Source of the DNA: an uncultured Actinomycetota bacterium
GTDB lineage: Bacteria; Actinomycetota; Actinomycetes; Actinomycetales; Dermatophilaceae
Assembly: GCA_963833495.1 (NCBI GenBank)
Contig: CAWHYJ010000012.1
Span: 68,233-132,232 of the forward strand
Reading direction: 5' to 3'
Length of the DNA: 64,000 nt
The number at the start of each line of letters is the position of its first letter. The first letter of the stretch is position 1. The notes below the pieces were generated by a model. It worked only from the letters and a program-made list of their open reading frames with translations. It ran no database searches and had not been told where the DNA came from. Positions 40,501-48,986 of the stretch are shown piece by piece. The position numbers and the translations under genes were made by a program.

Positions 40501-41723
40501 CCGACCCGGACGCCGGGCTGCCGGCCTGGCGGCGCACCCGCCAGCCCTACGGCATCCGGCTCTCGCTGGCCGACGTCAAGGGGATCAGCGGCGCCGAGGT
40601 GGCGCGGATCGTCGCCGGGCAGCCCTACGCCGACCTCGGCGACTTCTGGACCCGCGCCCACGTCAGCCGCCCGGTCACCGAGCGGCTGGTGCTCGCCGGC
40701 GCGTTCGACGCCCTGCACGGCATGGGCGGCGGGGGGCTGGGGCGGCGCGGCCGGGTCACCAGGCGCGACCTGCTGCTGCACGTCGCCGAGCTCGAGCGCT
40801 GGGAGCGTGGGGGAGGGGCGGCGCCGCGCAGCAGCCGGCGGCTCGTCATCCCGAGCATCGCGCCGTCCCGCGAGCTGGCGGGGGAGCAGGTCGACGTCCG
40901 CGAGCGGGCGGCCGCGCAGTCGCAGGCGGCCCGCGAGGTCGTGCCGGCGGCCGAGCAGCCCACCCAGCTCACCCTCGACCTCGGCGACCGGCCGCAGCTC
41001 GGTGCCGGGGCCGGGCTGCCCGAGATGACCGGCCCGGAGCGGGTGCGCGCCGAGCTCGACGTGCTCGGCCTCGACGTCTCCGCGCACGTCGTCGAGTTCT
41101 ACGCCCCGCTGCTGCGGGCGCTCGGGGTCACCCGCAGCCGCGACCTGCTCGGCGCCCGCAGCCGCAGCGAGGTGTGGGTGGCCGGGGTCAAGGTCGCCAC
41201 CCAGACCCCGCCGGTGCGCTCCGGGCGGCGGGTGGTCTTCCTCACCCTCGACGACTCCACCGGGCCGTCCGACTGCACCTTCTTCGAAGACGTGCAGGGC
41301 CCCTACGCCGGAGTCGTCTTCCACTCCTGGCTGCTCCTCGTGCGCGGGGTGCTGCGTCGCACCGGCGACCGCGGGGTGTCGATCCGGGCCACCGGTGCCT
41401 GGGAGCTCGCGGCGCTGTGGGACGCCTGGCAGCTCGGCGGCCTCGAGCGCGTGCACGCCGCGATCGCCGCGGGCGAGGCGGATGCCGTGGCCCGCGCCGA
41501 GGCGGCCGAGGCCGCCGCCCGCGAGAGCGACGCCCGCACCGGGCGCCGGGTGCTCGTGCACGCCTCGGGGTTCAAGCAGTCGCCGTACGCCGACATCAAG
41601 CCGCCCGGGGCCGACCCGCGCTCGGGTCGGGGCGCCCCCGGCACGGTGGTGCCGCAGTCCCCGGCCGCCGCGCTGCCCTCGCGCAAGCTGTGGCACGCCA
41701 GCCCCGGCAGCTCCGGACACTAG
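37551..41723 (+). CDS. dnaE2: error-prone DNA polymerase III alpha subunit (DnaE2-type)
   Basis: PHP HLHVAS/TDRD, RGSGAGS, PDIDVD, KLDVLG, FGFCKAHA, OB domain; LexA box upstream. Confidence 0.9.
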   Translation: MAGFAHLHVASGFSMRYGASMPEHLVERAAEHDQGALALTDRDGLYGAVRFATACGRAGIAPVLGVDLAVEPLVPGPAHADRGRDRLGAGRASGADGGSGRAGTGGGPGRAGAAGGPASEPDAGRPSPRPRTPVRGGAIVDPRRPRVTVLARGRGGGTAPGVGWAALCRLVTETHLRGERGVPVTSPDLLATWSHPSDPDFVRLRHGSRTPKAGETAPKSHEVEEEAGPSVHQTPSTHVLEQGRGGGAEPSRLLVLLGPDSDVGRAVLAGRRERARDLLATWRALLPRDGLAVEVVHHGGPEGTPGCRSHAAHLLALADAAGIPAVLTAAVRHVGPEQVRTVDLLDAARRLVVLDSRHLDRVTDAGHLADTATMHASALEVTGGDRSRADRLVAMTALVADECTQHSRHDLGIGAVHLPEAEVLGIAPGTEMHELTARCRDAVGRRYPGASEAEYEVVRTRLDDELGVIDTLGYPTYFLTVAEVTDLIRARGVRVAARGSGAGSLVNHLLGISGVDPIRHHLLMERFCSPLRAELPDIDVDVESARRTEIYEAVLERFGGERVTCVSMMDTYKVRHAVRDVGAALGLPPTEVDEIAKAFPHIRAKDARHAIADLPELRSRGLDSPRMAAFFDLVEALDGLPRHIALHPCGVVLSNSGLLDRTPVEASWIGFPMSQFDKDDVETLGFLKLDVLGIRMQSSMAHAVAEVARVSGEHIDLDDEAQVPHDDPATYELIRTTRTLGMFQIESPGQRELVGKLGPSRFDDLIVDISLFRPGPVKSDMITPFLNSRHGWAERRFLHPSLIPALEETEGVVVFHEQVLLIVAETTGVTLAQADEVRRSMGTPQGQTDVEAWWRPAAKARGYSADDRDKIWEVLKSFASFGFCKAHAAAFALPTFHSAWLKTHHPAAFLSGILTHDPGMYPKRLLLDDARSFGIPVLGLDVNASREVYRIERVDTPDAGSLDPDAGSPEAHPRDPDPVDPHAPDPDAGLPAWRRTRQPYGIRLSLADVKGISGAEVARIVAGQPYADLGDFWTRAHVSRPVTERLVLAGAFDALHGMGGGGLGRRGRVTRRDLLLHVAELERWERGGGAAPRSSRRLVIPSIAPSRELAGEQVDVRERAAAQSQAAREVVPAAEQPTQLTLDLGDRPQLGAGAGLPEMTGPERVRAELDVLGLDVSAHVVEFYAPLLRALGVTRSRDLLGARSRSEVWVAGVKVATQTPPVRSGRRVVFLTLDDSTGPSDCTFFEDVQGPYAGVVFHSWLLLVRGVLRRTGDRGVSIRATGAWELAALWDAWQLGGLERVHAAIAAGEADAVARAEAAEAAARESDARTGRRVLVHASGFKQSPYADIKPPGADPRSGRGAPGTVVPQSPAAALPSRKLWHASPGSSGH
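38147..38220. repeat. 74-bp palindromic element inside dnaE2
   Basis: CGACTTCGTGCGACT...AGTCGCACGAGGTCG (14/15 match) plus inner imperfect stem. Confidence 0.7.
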
Positions 41724-41777
41724 GGTGGTCGCGACGCACCCACCCGCTGCGCCCCCGCACCCTGAAGGAGTCCCGCC

Positions 41778-42563
41778 GTGTCCGACGAGCGTGGCCGACA
41801 CCGCCGTGCGGGCATCACGCCCGGGCTGCGCACGGCCGCCGTCCAGGCGGCGCTCGACACCCTCGCGGCCGAGCGCAGCGCCGAGCTCGGCCGCCCGCTG
41901 CGGGTGCTCGACCTCGGCGGCGGCACCGGCGGCACCGCGGTGCCACTGGCGGCGGCCGGCCACGACGTCACCGTCGTCGACCCCAGCCCCGACGCCCTGG
42001 CGTCGCTGGCGCGCCGGGCCGCCGAGACCGGCACCTCGCCGCGCATCCACCCCGTGCAGGGCGACACCGACACCGTCGGCGAGGCCGGCGCCGACGGCGC
42101 CCGCCCGGCCTACGACCTGGTCTGCCTGCACGGCACCCTCGAGGTCGTCGACGACCCGGATGCCGCGCTGGCCAACATCGCCGCCGTCCTGGCCGACGGC
42201 GGCACGCTCTCGCTGGTGGTGGCGCAGCGCCTCCCCGCCGCCCTGGCCCGGGCCCTGGCCGGGCAGTTCGCCCGGGCCCAGGCGATCCTCGAGCGCCCCG
42301 ACGGGCGCTGGGGCGACGACGACCCCGCACCGCGTCGCTTCGACGAGCCGGCGGTGCGTGCCCAGCTGCGCGCCCACGGCCTCACCACCGTGCAGAGCCA
42401 CGGCGTGCGCATCTTCAGCGACCTGGTCCCCTCGGCCCTGGTCGACTCCGAGGCCGACCGGGCCGCCCTGCTGGCGCTCGAGGACGTCGCGAGCCACCAC
42501 CCCGACCACCCGCTGCTCGGCGAGCTGGGCAGCGTGCGGCACGTGCTCGCGACCCGGGACTGA
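41778..42563 (+). CDS. class I SAM-dependent methyltransferase
   Basis: VLDLGGGTGG, VDPSPDAL, HGVRIFSDLVP. Confidence 0.85.
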   Translation: MSDERGRHRRAGITPGLRTAAVQAALDTLAAERSAELGRPLRVLDLGGGTGGTAVPLAAAGHDVTVVDPSPDALASLARRAAETGTSPRIHPVQGDTDTVGEAGADGARPAYDLVCLHGTLEVVDDPDAALANIAAVLADGGTLSLVVAQRLPAALARALAGQFARAQAILERPDGRWGDDDPAPRRFDEPAVRAQLRAHGLTTVQSHGVRIFSDLVPSALVDSEADRAALLALEDVASHHPDHPLLGELGSVRHVLATRD

Positions 42564-42581
42564 CCTCGGCGGGGGCCACCG

Positions 42582-43838
42582 ATGAGCCGTCGACAGTTCG
42601 CCCTCCCCACCCGCGACTCCAGCGAGCCGCCCGACGACACCGGCTGCACGGTGCTGCACGTCGACATGGACGCCTTCTACGCGTCCGCGACCCTGCTCTC
42701 GCACCCCGACCTGATCGGGACCCCGGTCATCATCGGCGGCGGCAACCGCGGCGTGGTGCTCTCGGCCACCTACGAGGCGCGCCGCTTCGGCGTCACCTCG
42801 GCGATGCCGATGGCCCGCGCGCGGCGGCTGTGCCCGCAGGCCACCGTGCTGCCGCCCGACCACGCGCTCTACAGCGCGATCTCCGCCGCGGTCATGGAAA
42901 CCTTCCGCTCGGTGACCCCGGTCATCGAGCCGCTCTCGCTCGACGAGGCGTTCCTCGACGTCTCCGGCGCGGTGCGGCTGATGGGCAGCCCGGCCGTCAT
43001 CGGCCAGCACGTGCGCGACACCGTGCACGACGAGCAGGGCATCACCTGCTCGGTCGGGGTGGCACCGACCAAGTTCGTCGCGAAGCTCGCCTCCGGCCTG
43101 GCCAAGCCCGACGGCATGGTCGTCGTGCCCCGTGACGAGGTCGTGCCGTTCGTGCAGCAGCTGCCCGTCGGGGCGCTGTGGGGCGTGGGGGAGCGCACCG
43201 AGGAGGCGTTGCAGCGCCTGGGCCTGCGCACCGTCGCCGACATCGCCCACACCCCGCTCGCCACCCTCGTGCGCGGCCTGGGCGACGCCACCGGCCACCA
43301 CCTGCACGAGCTGGCCTGGGGGCGCGACCCCCGGCCGGTCGAGCGGGAGCAGCGTGAGAAGAGCATCGGCAGCGACCAGACCTTCGACTACGACATCGAC
43401 GACGCCGCCGAGATCCACCGGCGCCTGCTGGCGCTCAGCGAGCGCACCGCGGCCCGGATGCGGGCCGCCGGCATGACCGGCCGCACGGTCACCCTGCGGG
43501 TGCGGTTCAGCGACTTCACGACGATCACCCGCTCGCGCACCCTGCGCGAGCCCACCGACAGCGGCCGCGCCATCCACGAGGCCGCCGTCGGCCTGTTCGA
43601 CGCCCTGGGGCTGCAGCGGGCCCGCATCCGGCTGGTCGGGGTACGCCTCGAGAAGCTCGTCGACGCCGCCCAGGCGCCCATCCAGGGGGTCATCGGCGAG
43701 CGCGAGCACGGCTGGCGCGACGCCGACCGGGCCGTCGACCGGGCCCGTTCGAGGTTCGGATCGGGGTCGGTGAAACCAGCCAGTCTCATTGAAGGTGACA
43801 CATCCGCTTCCGCGAGGCGACCGCGCGACCTATCCTGA
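42582..43838 (+). CDS. dinB: DNA polymerase IV
   Basis: HVDMDAFYAS, YEAR, SLDEAFLD, AKLAS...KPDG; catalytic residues intact. Confidence 0.95.
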   Translation: MSRRQFALPTRDSSEPPDDTGCTVLHVDMDAFYASATLLSHPDLIGTPVIIGGGNRGVVLSATYEARRFGVTSAMPMARARRLCPQATVLPPDHALYSAISAAVMETFRSVTPVIEPLSLDEAFLDVSGAVRLMGSPAVIGQHVRDTVHDEQGITCSVGVAPTKFVAKLASGLAKPDGMVVVPRDEVVPFVQQLPVGALWGVGERTEEALQRLGLRTVADIAHTPLATLVRGLGDATGHHLHELAWGRDPRPVEREQREKSIGSDQTFDYDIDDAAEIHRRLLALSERTAARMRAAGMTGRTVTLRVRFSDFTTITRSRTLREPTDSGRAIHEAAVGLFDALGLQRARIRLVGVRLEKLVDAAQAPIQGVIGEREHGWRDADRAVDRARSRFGSGSVKPASLIEGDTSASARRPRDLS

Positions 43839-43898
43839 GGGTCAGAGGACAACATAGGGCCGCCCACCGGGCGACTCGGGCCGACCACGGGAGGATCT

Positions 43899-44288
43899 GT
43901 GCCCCTCTCAGAGCACGAGCAGAAGATGCTCGAACAGATGGAGCAGGCTCTCGCTGCCGAGGACCCCAAGTTCGCCTCGCAGATGCAGGGTCGGTCGCTG
44001 GCCACGTTGCAGCGACGGCGATGGGTGATCGGCGCGGTAGGCGTCATCGCCGGTCTGGCTCTGGTGCTCGTGGGTGTCAACACCACGATGTGGGTCGGCG
44101 CCGGGGGTTTCGCCCTGATGGTGGCCTCCGCCGTCTTCGCGGCCACCCCGCCCAGACGGGCCCGCCTCGGCGTCGTGCGCAGCGACGGAAGCACCGACCC
44201 GCGCGCCAAGGGCGGCCGCAAGAAGGGCAAGAGCTCCTTCATGAACCGTCTCGACGAGCGCTGGGAGCGCCGCCAGAACAACTGGTGA
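43899..44288 (+). CDS. DUF3040 membrane protein
   Basis: PLSEHEQKML.QME.AL..EDPKF; ends FM.RLDERW.RR. Confidence 0.9.
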   Translation: MPLSEHEQKMLEQMEQALAAEDPKFASQMQGRSLATLQRRRWVIGAVGVIAGLALVLVGVNTTMWVGAGGFALMVASAVFAATPPRRARLGVVRSDGSTDPRAKGGRKKGKSSFMNRLDERWERRQNNW

Positions 44289-44333
44289 GCACTGCGGCTG
44301 CCCCTTGGTGAGCCGCCTGGCGCCTCCTTGGCG

Positions 44334-44828
44334 TCAGCTTGCCAGGACGCCGACGACGTAGATCGCCGTGACCACCAGGCCGGCGGCCAGCTCGATGCCC
44401 ATGCTGTGCAGCACGGCCACGAGCGCGTGCTTGGTGCGGGTCCAGGCCTGCGACCCGTTCCGGCTGCGCCCCATCTCGACGACGAAGATGCCGAGCACGA
44501 AGCCGACGATGGCCCCCACCACCGGGATGACGAAGAACCCGACGATTCCGAAGACCACTGCGAGCAGCAGCGTCGACGAGCTCACCCCGCGCTCGCGCAT
44601 GCGGCGCCCGGGCAGGGTGTACTGCAGCACGTAGCCGGCGGCCGTGACGGCTGCGCTCAGCGCGAAGACGCCCCAGCCCAGCGCCGACCCCTCCATCAGG
44701 GCCCACACGAGCACGCCGGCGAGCACCAGCACGAGACCGGGAAGAACCGGCACGACGATTCCGACCAGACCGATGACGATCAGCAGTGGAGGGACGAGCG
44801 CGCCGAGGCTGTCGGAGCCGGCCTCCAC
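44334..44828 (-). CDS. DUF456 membrane protein
   Basis: GIVVPVLPG, GFFVIPVVG..GF. Confidence 0.85.
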   Translation of the reverse strand: MEAGSDSLGALVPPLLIVIGLVGIVVPVLPGLVLVLAGVLVWALMEGSALGWGVFALSAAVTAAGYVLQYTLPGRRMRERGVSSSTLLLAVVFGIVGFFVIPVVGAIVGFVLGIFVVEMGRSRNGSQAWTRTKHALVAVLHSMGIELAAGLVVTAIYVVGVLAS

Positions 44829-44829
44829 G

Positions 44830-45048
44830 TCAGTCGGGGCTACCGCCGACCGAGCTGGGCTCCATGAGCCGCTCGCTCTCGTCGTGGATGTCGGCCAGCC
44901 CCTCCAGGGCGGGGATGTGCTCGCGGCCGTGGTGCGCGCAGAAGAGGAGCTCTCCACCCGCGTGAAGCGTGGCGCGCACGTAGGCCTGGGCGCTGCAGCG
45001 GTCGCAACGGTCCGCTGCGGTCAGGGTCGGTGCCAGTGCGGCGTTCAC
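44830..45048 (-). CDS. small conserved Zn-finger-like protein
   Basis: LTAADRCDRCSAQAYVR...LLFCAHH, divergent from parE. Confidence 0.8.
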   Translation of the reverse strand: MNAALAPTLTAADRCDRCSAQAYVRATLHAGGELLFCAHHGREHIPALEGLADIHDESERLMEPSSVGGSPD

Positions 45049-45307
45049 GTCGGGCCTCCTCGGCTCGCTCGGGGTGTGCGTGGTGTTCGTTTTCCCCACC
45101 CTTTTCGGATGGCGCTGCTTCCAACAGTGAATCACGGCGGATGCTTCCCCCCGTGCAAGGTGCGACATGTGGCGCTCGTCATGTCCGGATCGTGACCTTC
45201 AGGCGGCGCTCAGCGGGCCGTCCTTGAGAGGCCTCCTCCGGGGTGGCAGCGCTGGCTCCCGGTGCGCCTGTCGAGGGCCGTCACACCCGGCGACTAGCCT
45301 TCCTCAC

Positions 45308-47434
45308 GTGCCGACGACCGCTGCGAAGAAGGCCGCGACGACCAAGTCCGCGTCCGAGTACACCGCCCACCACCTCCAGGTCCTCGAGGGGCTCGAGGCG
45401 GTCCGCAAGCGTCCCGGCATGTACATCGGCTCCACCGACTCGCGCGGGCTGATGCACTGCCTGTGGGAGATCATCGACAACGCGGTCGACGAGGCCCTGG
45501 GTGGGCACTGCGACCGGGTCGAGGTGACGCTGCACGGCGACGGCTCGGTCGAGGTCCGCGACAACGGCCGTGGGGTGCCGGTCGACATCGAGCCGCGCAC
45601 CGGCCTGACGGGGGTCGAGCTGGTCTACACCCGGCTGCACGCGGGCGGGAAGTTCGGCGGCGGCTCCTACACGGCATCCGGCGGCCTGCACGGGGTAGGC
45701 GCCTCGGTGGTCAACGCGCTGTCCTCGCGCCTCGACGTCGAGGTCGACCGCGGTGGGAAGACCTACGCCATGAGCTTCCGGCGCGGCGAACCGGGCGTGT
45801 TCTCCGACGTCGCCGGGGCCAAGGGCGCCAAGGACCCCGAGCACCCGTTCACGCCCTACATCAGCATCAGCGAGCTCGAGGTCATCGGCACCACCCGCCG
45901 CGGCGTCACCGGCACCCGGGTGCGCTACTGGGCCGACTCCCAGATCTTCCTGCGCGACGCCACGTTCGACCTCGAGGGCCTGGTCTCCCGGGCCCGGCAG
46001 ACCTCGTTCCTGGTGCCGGGGCTCACCCTCGTCATCCGCGACCTGCGCGGCGAGGAGCCCACCGAAGAGGTCTTCCTCCACGACGGCGGCATCTCCGAGT
46101 TCTGCGAGTTCCTCGCGCCCGACCCGCCGGTCACCGACGTGTGGCGGCTGCAGGGCACCGGCACCTTCAAGGAGACGGTGCCGGTGCTCGACGCGAAGGG
46201 GCACATGAGCCCCACCGAGGTCGAGCGGGAGTGCGCCGTCGACGTCGCCGTGCGCTGGGGCACCGGCTACGACACCCGGGTCAGCTCGTTCGTCAACATC
46301 ATCGCCACTCCCAAGGGCGGCACCCACCTCGCCGGCTTCGACCAGGCGCTGCTCAAGGTGCTGCGCCGCCAGCTCGAGCTCAACGCGCGCCGGCTCAAGG
46401 TGGGGTCCGACAAGCTCGAGAAGGACGACGCGCTTGCTGGCCTGACCGCGGTGGTCACGGTGCGGCTGGCCGAGCCGCAGTTCGAGGGGCAGACCAAGGA
46501 GGTGCTCGGCACCAACGCCGTGCGCGCCATCGTGGCCCGGGTGGTCGAGAAGGAGCTCACCGAGCGGCTGGTCTCGACCAAGCGCGGCGAGAAGCAGCAG
46601 GCCGCGCTGTTGCTCGAGAAGGTCACCTCCGAGATGAAGTCGCGGATCAGCGCGCGGCTGCACAAGGAGACCCAGCGCCGCAAGACCGCGCTGGAGTCCT
46701 CGACGCTGCCGGCCAAGCTCGCCGACTGCCGCAGCACCGACGTCGAGCGCACCGAGCTGTTCATCGTCGAGGGCGACAGCGCGCTCGGCACCGCCAAGCT
46801 GGCCCGCAGCAGCGACCACCAGGCGCTGCTGCCGATCCGCGGCAAGATCCTCAACGTGCAGAAGGCATCGGTCACCGACATGCTCGGCAACGCCGAGTGC
46901 GCCGCCATCATCCAGGTCATCGGCGCCGGGTCAGGCCGCACCTTCGACCTCGAGTCGGCCCGCTACGGCAAGGTCATCATCATGACCGACGCCGACGTCG
47001 ACGGCGCCCACATCCGTACCCTGCTGCTCACCCTGTTCTTCCGCTACATGCGCCCGCTCGTCGAGGCCGGGCGCGTCTACGCCGCCGTGCCGCCGCTGCA
47101 CCGCATCGAGGTCGTCAACCCCGGGTCGAAGGCCAACGAGGTCATCTACACCTACTCCGAGGCCGAGATGCGTCGCCTGATGGCGTCGCTGACCAAGCGG
47201 GGCAAGAAGACCAAGCCGCTGCAGCGCTACAAGGGCCTGGGCGAGATGGATGCCGACCAGCTCGCCGAGACCACGATGGACCCCCAGCACCGCACGCTGC
47301 GCAAGGTCACCGCGGCTGACCTCGACTCTGCGGCAGGGGTGTTCGAGCTGCTGATGGGCGGCGACGTCGGCCCCCGCAAGGACTTCATCATCGACTCCGC
47401 CCACGCCCTCGACCGCGAGCGCATCGACGTCTGA
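45308..47434 (+). CDS. parE: DNA topoisomerase IV subunit B
   Basis: EIIDNAVDE, GGLHGVG, VEGDSA, PIRGKILNV, TDADVDG, QRYKGLGEM; not in a gyrBA operon. Confidence 0.9.
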   Translation: MPTTAAKKAATTKSASEYTAHHLQVLEGLEAVRKRPGMYIGSTDSRGLMHCLWEIIDNAVDEALGGHCDRVEVTLHGDGSVEVRDNGRGVPVDIEPRTGLTGVELVYTRLHAGGKFGGGSYTASGGLHGVGASVVNALSSRLDVEVDRGGKTYAMSFRRGEPGVFSDVAGAKGAKDPEHPFTPYISISELEVIGTTRRGVTGTRVRYWADSQIFLRDATFDLEGLVSRARQTSFLVPGLTLVIRDLRGEEPTEEVFLHDGGISEFCEFLAPDPPVTDVWRLQGTGTFKETVPVLDAKGHMSPTEVERECAVDVAVRWGTGYDTRVSSFVNIIATPKGGTHLAGFDQALLKVLRRQLELNARRLKVGSDKLEKDDALAGLTAVVTVRLAEPQFEGQTKEVLGTNAVRAIVARVVEKELTERLVSTKRGEKQQAALLLEKVTSEMKSRISARLHKETQRRKTALESSTLPAKLADCRSTDVERTELFIVEGDSALGTAKLARSSDHQALLPIRGKILNVQKASVTDMLGNAECAAIIQVIGAGSGRTFDLESARYGKVIIMTDADVDGAHIRTLLLTLFFRYMRPLVEAGRVYAAVPPLHRIEVVNPGSKANEVIYTYSEAEMRRLMASLTKRGKKTKPLQRYKGLGEMDADQLAETTMDPQHRTLRKVTAADLDSAAGVFELLMGGDVGPRKDFIIDSAHALDRERIDV

Positions 47435-47537
47435 GCCGAATTTCTCTGCACCCAAAGGGGTCGCGGACCGCGACGCCGGTCCACAGTGGGCGGGGACGCC
47501 GCACGGCGTACCAGCACCGGGGGCCGGGGAGGGCACC

Positions 47538-48986
47538 ATGAGCGCCAGCGTGAGTTCCACCGACCAGCACGTCGAGGGTGAGGAGCGCACCGAGCTGAAG
47601 CGGGCCATCGGCCCCAAGCTGCTGCTGCTGTTCATCGTCGGAGACATCCTCGGCACGGGGGTCTACGCGCTCACCGGGCGCGTCGCCAGCGAGGTCGGGG
47701 GAGCGGCATGGGCGCCGTTCATCGCGGCCTTCGCGATCGCCTTGGTCACTGCCTTCAGCTACCTCGAGCTGGTCACCAAGTACCCACGCGCGGCCGGTGC
47801 CGCGCTCTACACGCACAAGGCGTTCGGCATCCACTTCGTGACGTTCCTCGTGGCCTTCACGGTCATGTGCTCGGGCATCACCTCGGCCTCCACGGCGTCG
47901 AACGCCTTCGCGGCCAACCTCGCCGACGGGTTCGGGCTCGACAGCGAGAACAAGGGCCTGGTGCTCGGCATCGCGCTGGCCTTCATGGTGCTCGTCGCGG
48001 CGGTGAACTTCCGCGGGGTCGGTGAGAGCGTCAAGGCCAACGTGGTGCTCACGCTCGTCGAGATCTCCGGCCTGCTGCTCGTCATCCTGGTCGGCATCTA
48101 CGCCGCCACCGGTGGCAAGGCCGACTTCTCGCAGGTGACCGTGTTCGACACCTCCGGCGACAAGAACGTCTTCATCGCCATCACCGCGGCCACGTCGATC
48201 GCCTTCTTCGCGATGGTCGGCTTCGAGGATGCCGTGAACATGGCCGAGGAGTGCAAGGACCCGGTGCGCAACTTCCCGAAGATGATGCTCACCGGCATCG
48301 GCATCACTGGCCTCATCTACGTGCTGGTGGCGATCTTCGCGGTGGCGCTGGTGCCGGTCGACCAGCTCGGCGAGGGCGACACCCCGCTGACCAAGGTCGT
48401 CTCGGCCGGCCTGCCCGACTTCCCGATCGACAAGGTGATGCCGTTCATCGCGATGTTCGCCGTCGCCAACTCGGCACTGATCAACATGCTGATGGCGAGC
48501 CGGCTGCTCTACGGCATGGCCCGCCAGGAGGTGCTGCCCCCGGCCCTGGGCTGGGTGCACAAGGGCCGGCAGACGCCGTGGGTCGCGATCCTGTTCACCA
48601 CGACGATCGCCTTCGGCCTGATCTACTTCGTCAGCACCAGCGACAGCGACGTCGTGCCCGCGCTGGGTGGCACCACCGCCCTGCTGCTGCTCGGCGTGTT
48701 CACCATCGTCAACATCGCGGTGTTGGTGCTGCGCCGCGACCCGATCGACCGCGCCCACTTCGTCACGCCCACCGTGCTGCCGTTCATCGGGGCCGCGGTC
48801 TGCTTCTACTTCACCCTGCCGATCGTCGGGCGAGACACCATCCAGTACACGATCGCGGCCTGGCTGCTCGCCATGGGCGTCGTGCTCTGGGCCCTGACCT
48901 GGCTCGCGAACCGGTTCTTCTTCGGCAAGAAGACCTACCTGCGCGACCCGGAGGAGCTCGCCAGCGAGGACTCCACCCTCAACTGA
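47538..48986 (+). CDS. APC family amino acid permease
   Basis: GDILGTGVY, GFED..NMAEE, about 12 TM helices. Confidence 0.9.
   Translation: MSASVSSTDQHVEGEERTELKRAIGPKLLLLFIVGDILGTGVYALTGRVASEVGGAAWAPFIAAFAIALVTAFSYLELVTKYPRAAGAALYTHKAFGIHFVTFLVAFTVMCSGITSASTASNAFAANLADGFGLDSENKGLVLGIALAFMVLVAAVNFRGVGESVKANVVLTLVEISGLLLVILVGIYAATGGKADFSQVTVFDTSGDKNVFIAITAATSIAFFAMVGFEDAVNMAEECKDPVRNFPKMMLTGIGITGLIYVLVAIFAVALVPVDQLGEGDTPLTKVVSAGLPDFPIDKVMPFIAMFAVANSALINMLMASRLLYGMARQEVLPPALGWVHKGRQTPWVAILFTTTIAFGLIYFVSTSDSDVVPALGGTTALLLLGVFTIVNIAVLVLRRDPIDRAHFVTPTVLPFIGAAVCFYFTLPIVGRDTIQYTIAAWLLAMGVVLWALTWLANRFFFGKKTYLRDPEELASEDSTLN

Noticed and set aside
39135-43709. 1524-aa minus-strand ORF and similar long ORFs (39494-43135, 26081-28432, 31056-33281)
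   Set aside because: Shadow frames of real genes in high-GC DNA with no recognisable motifs.
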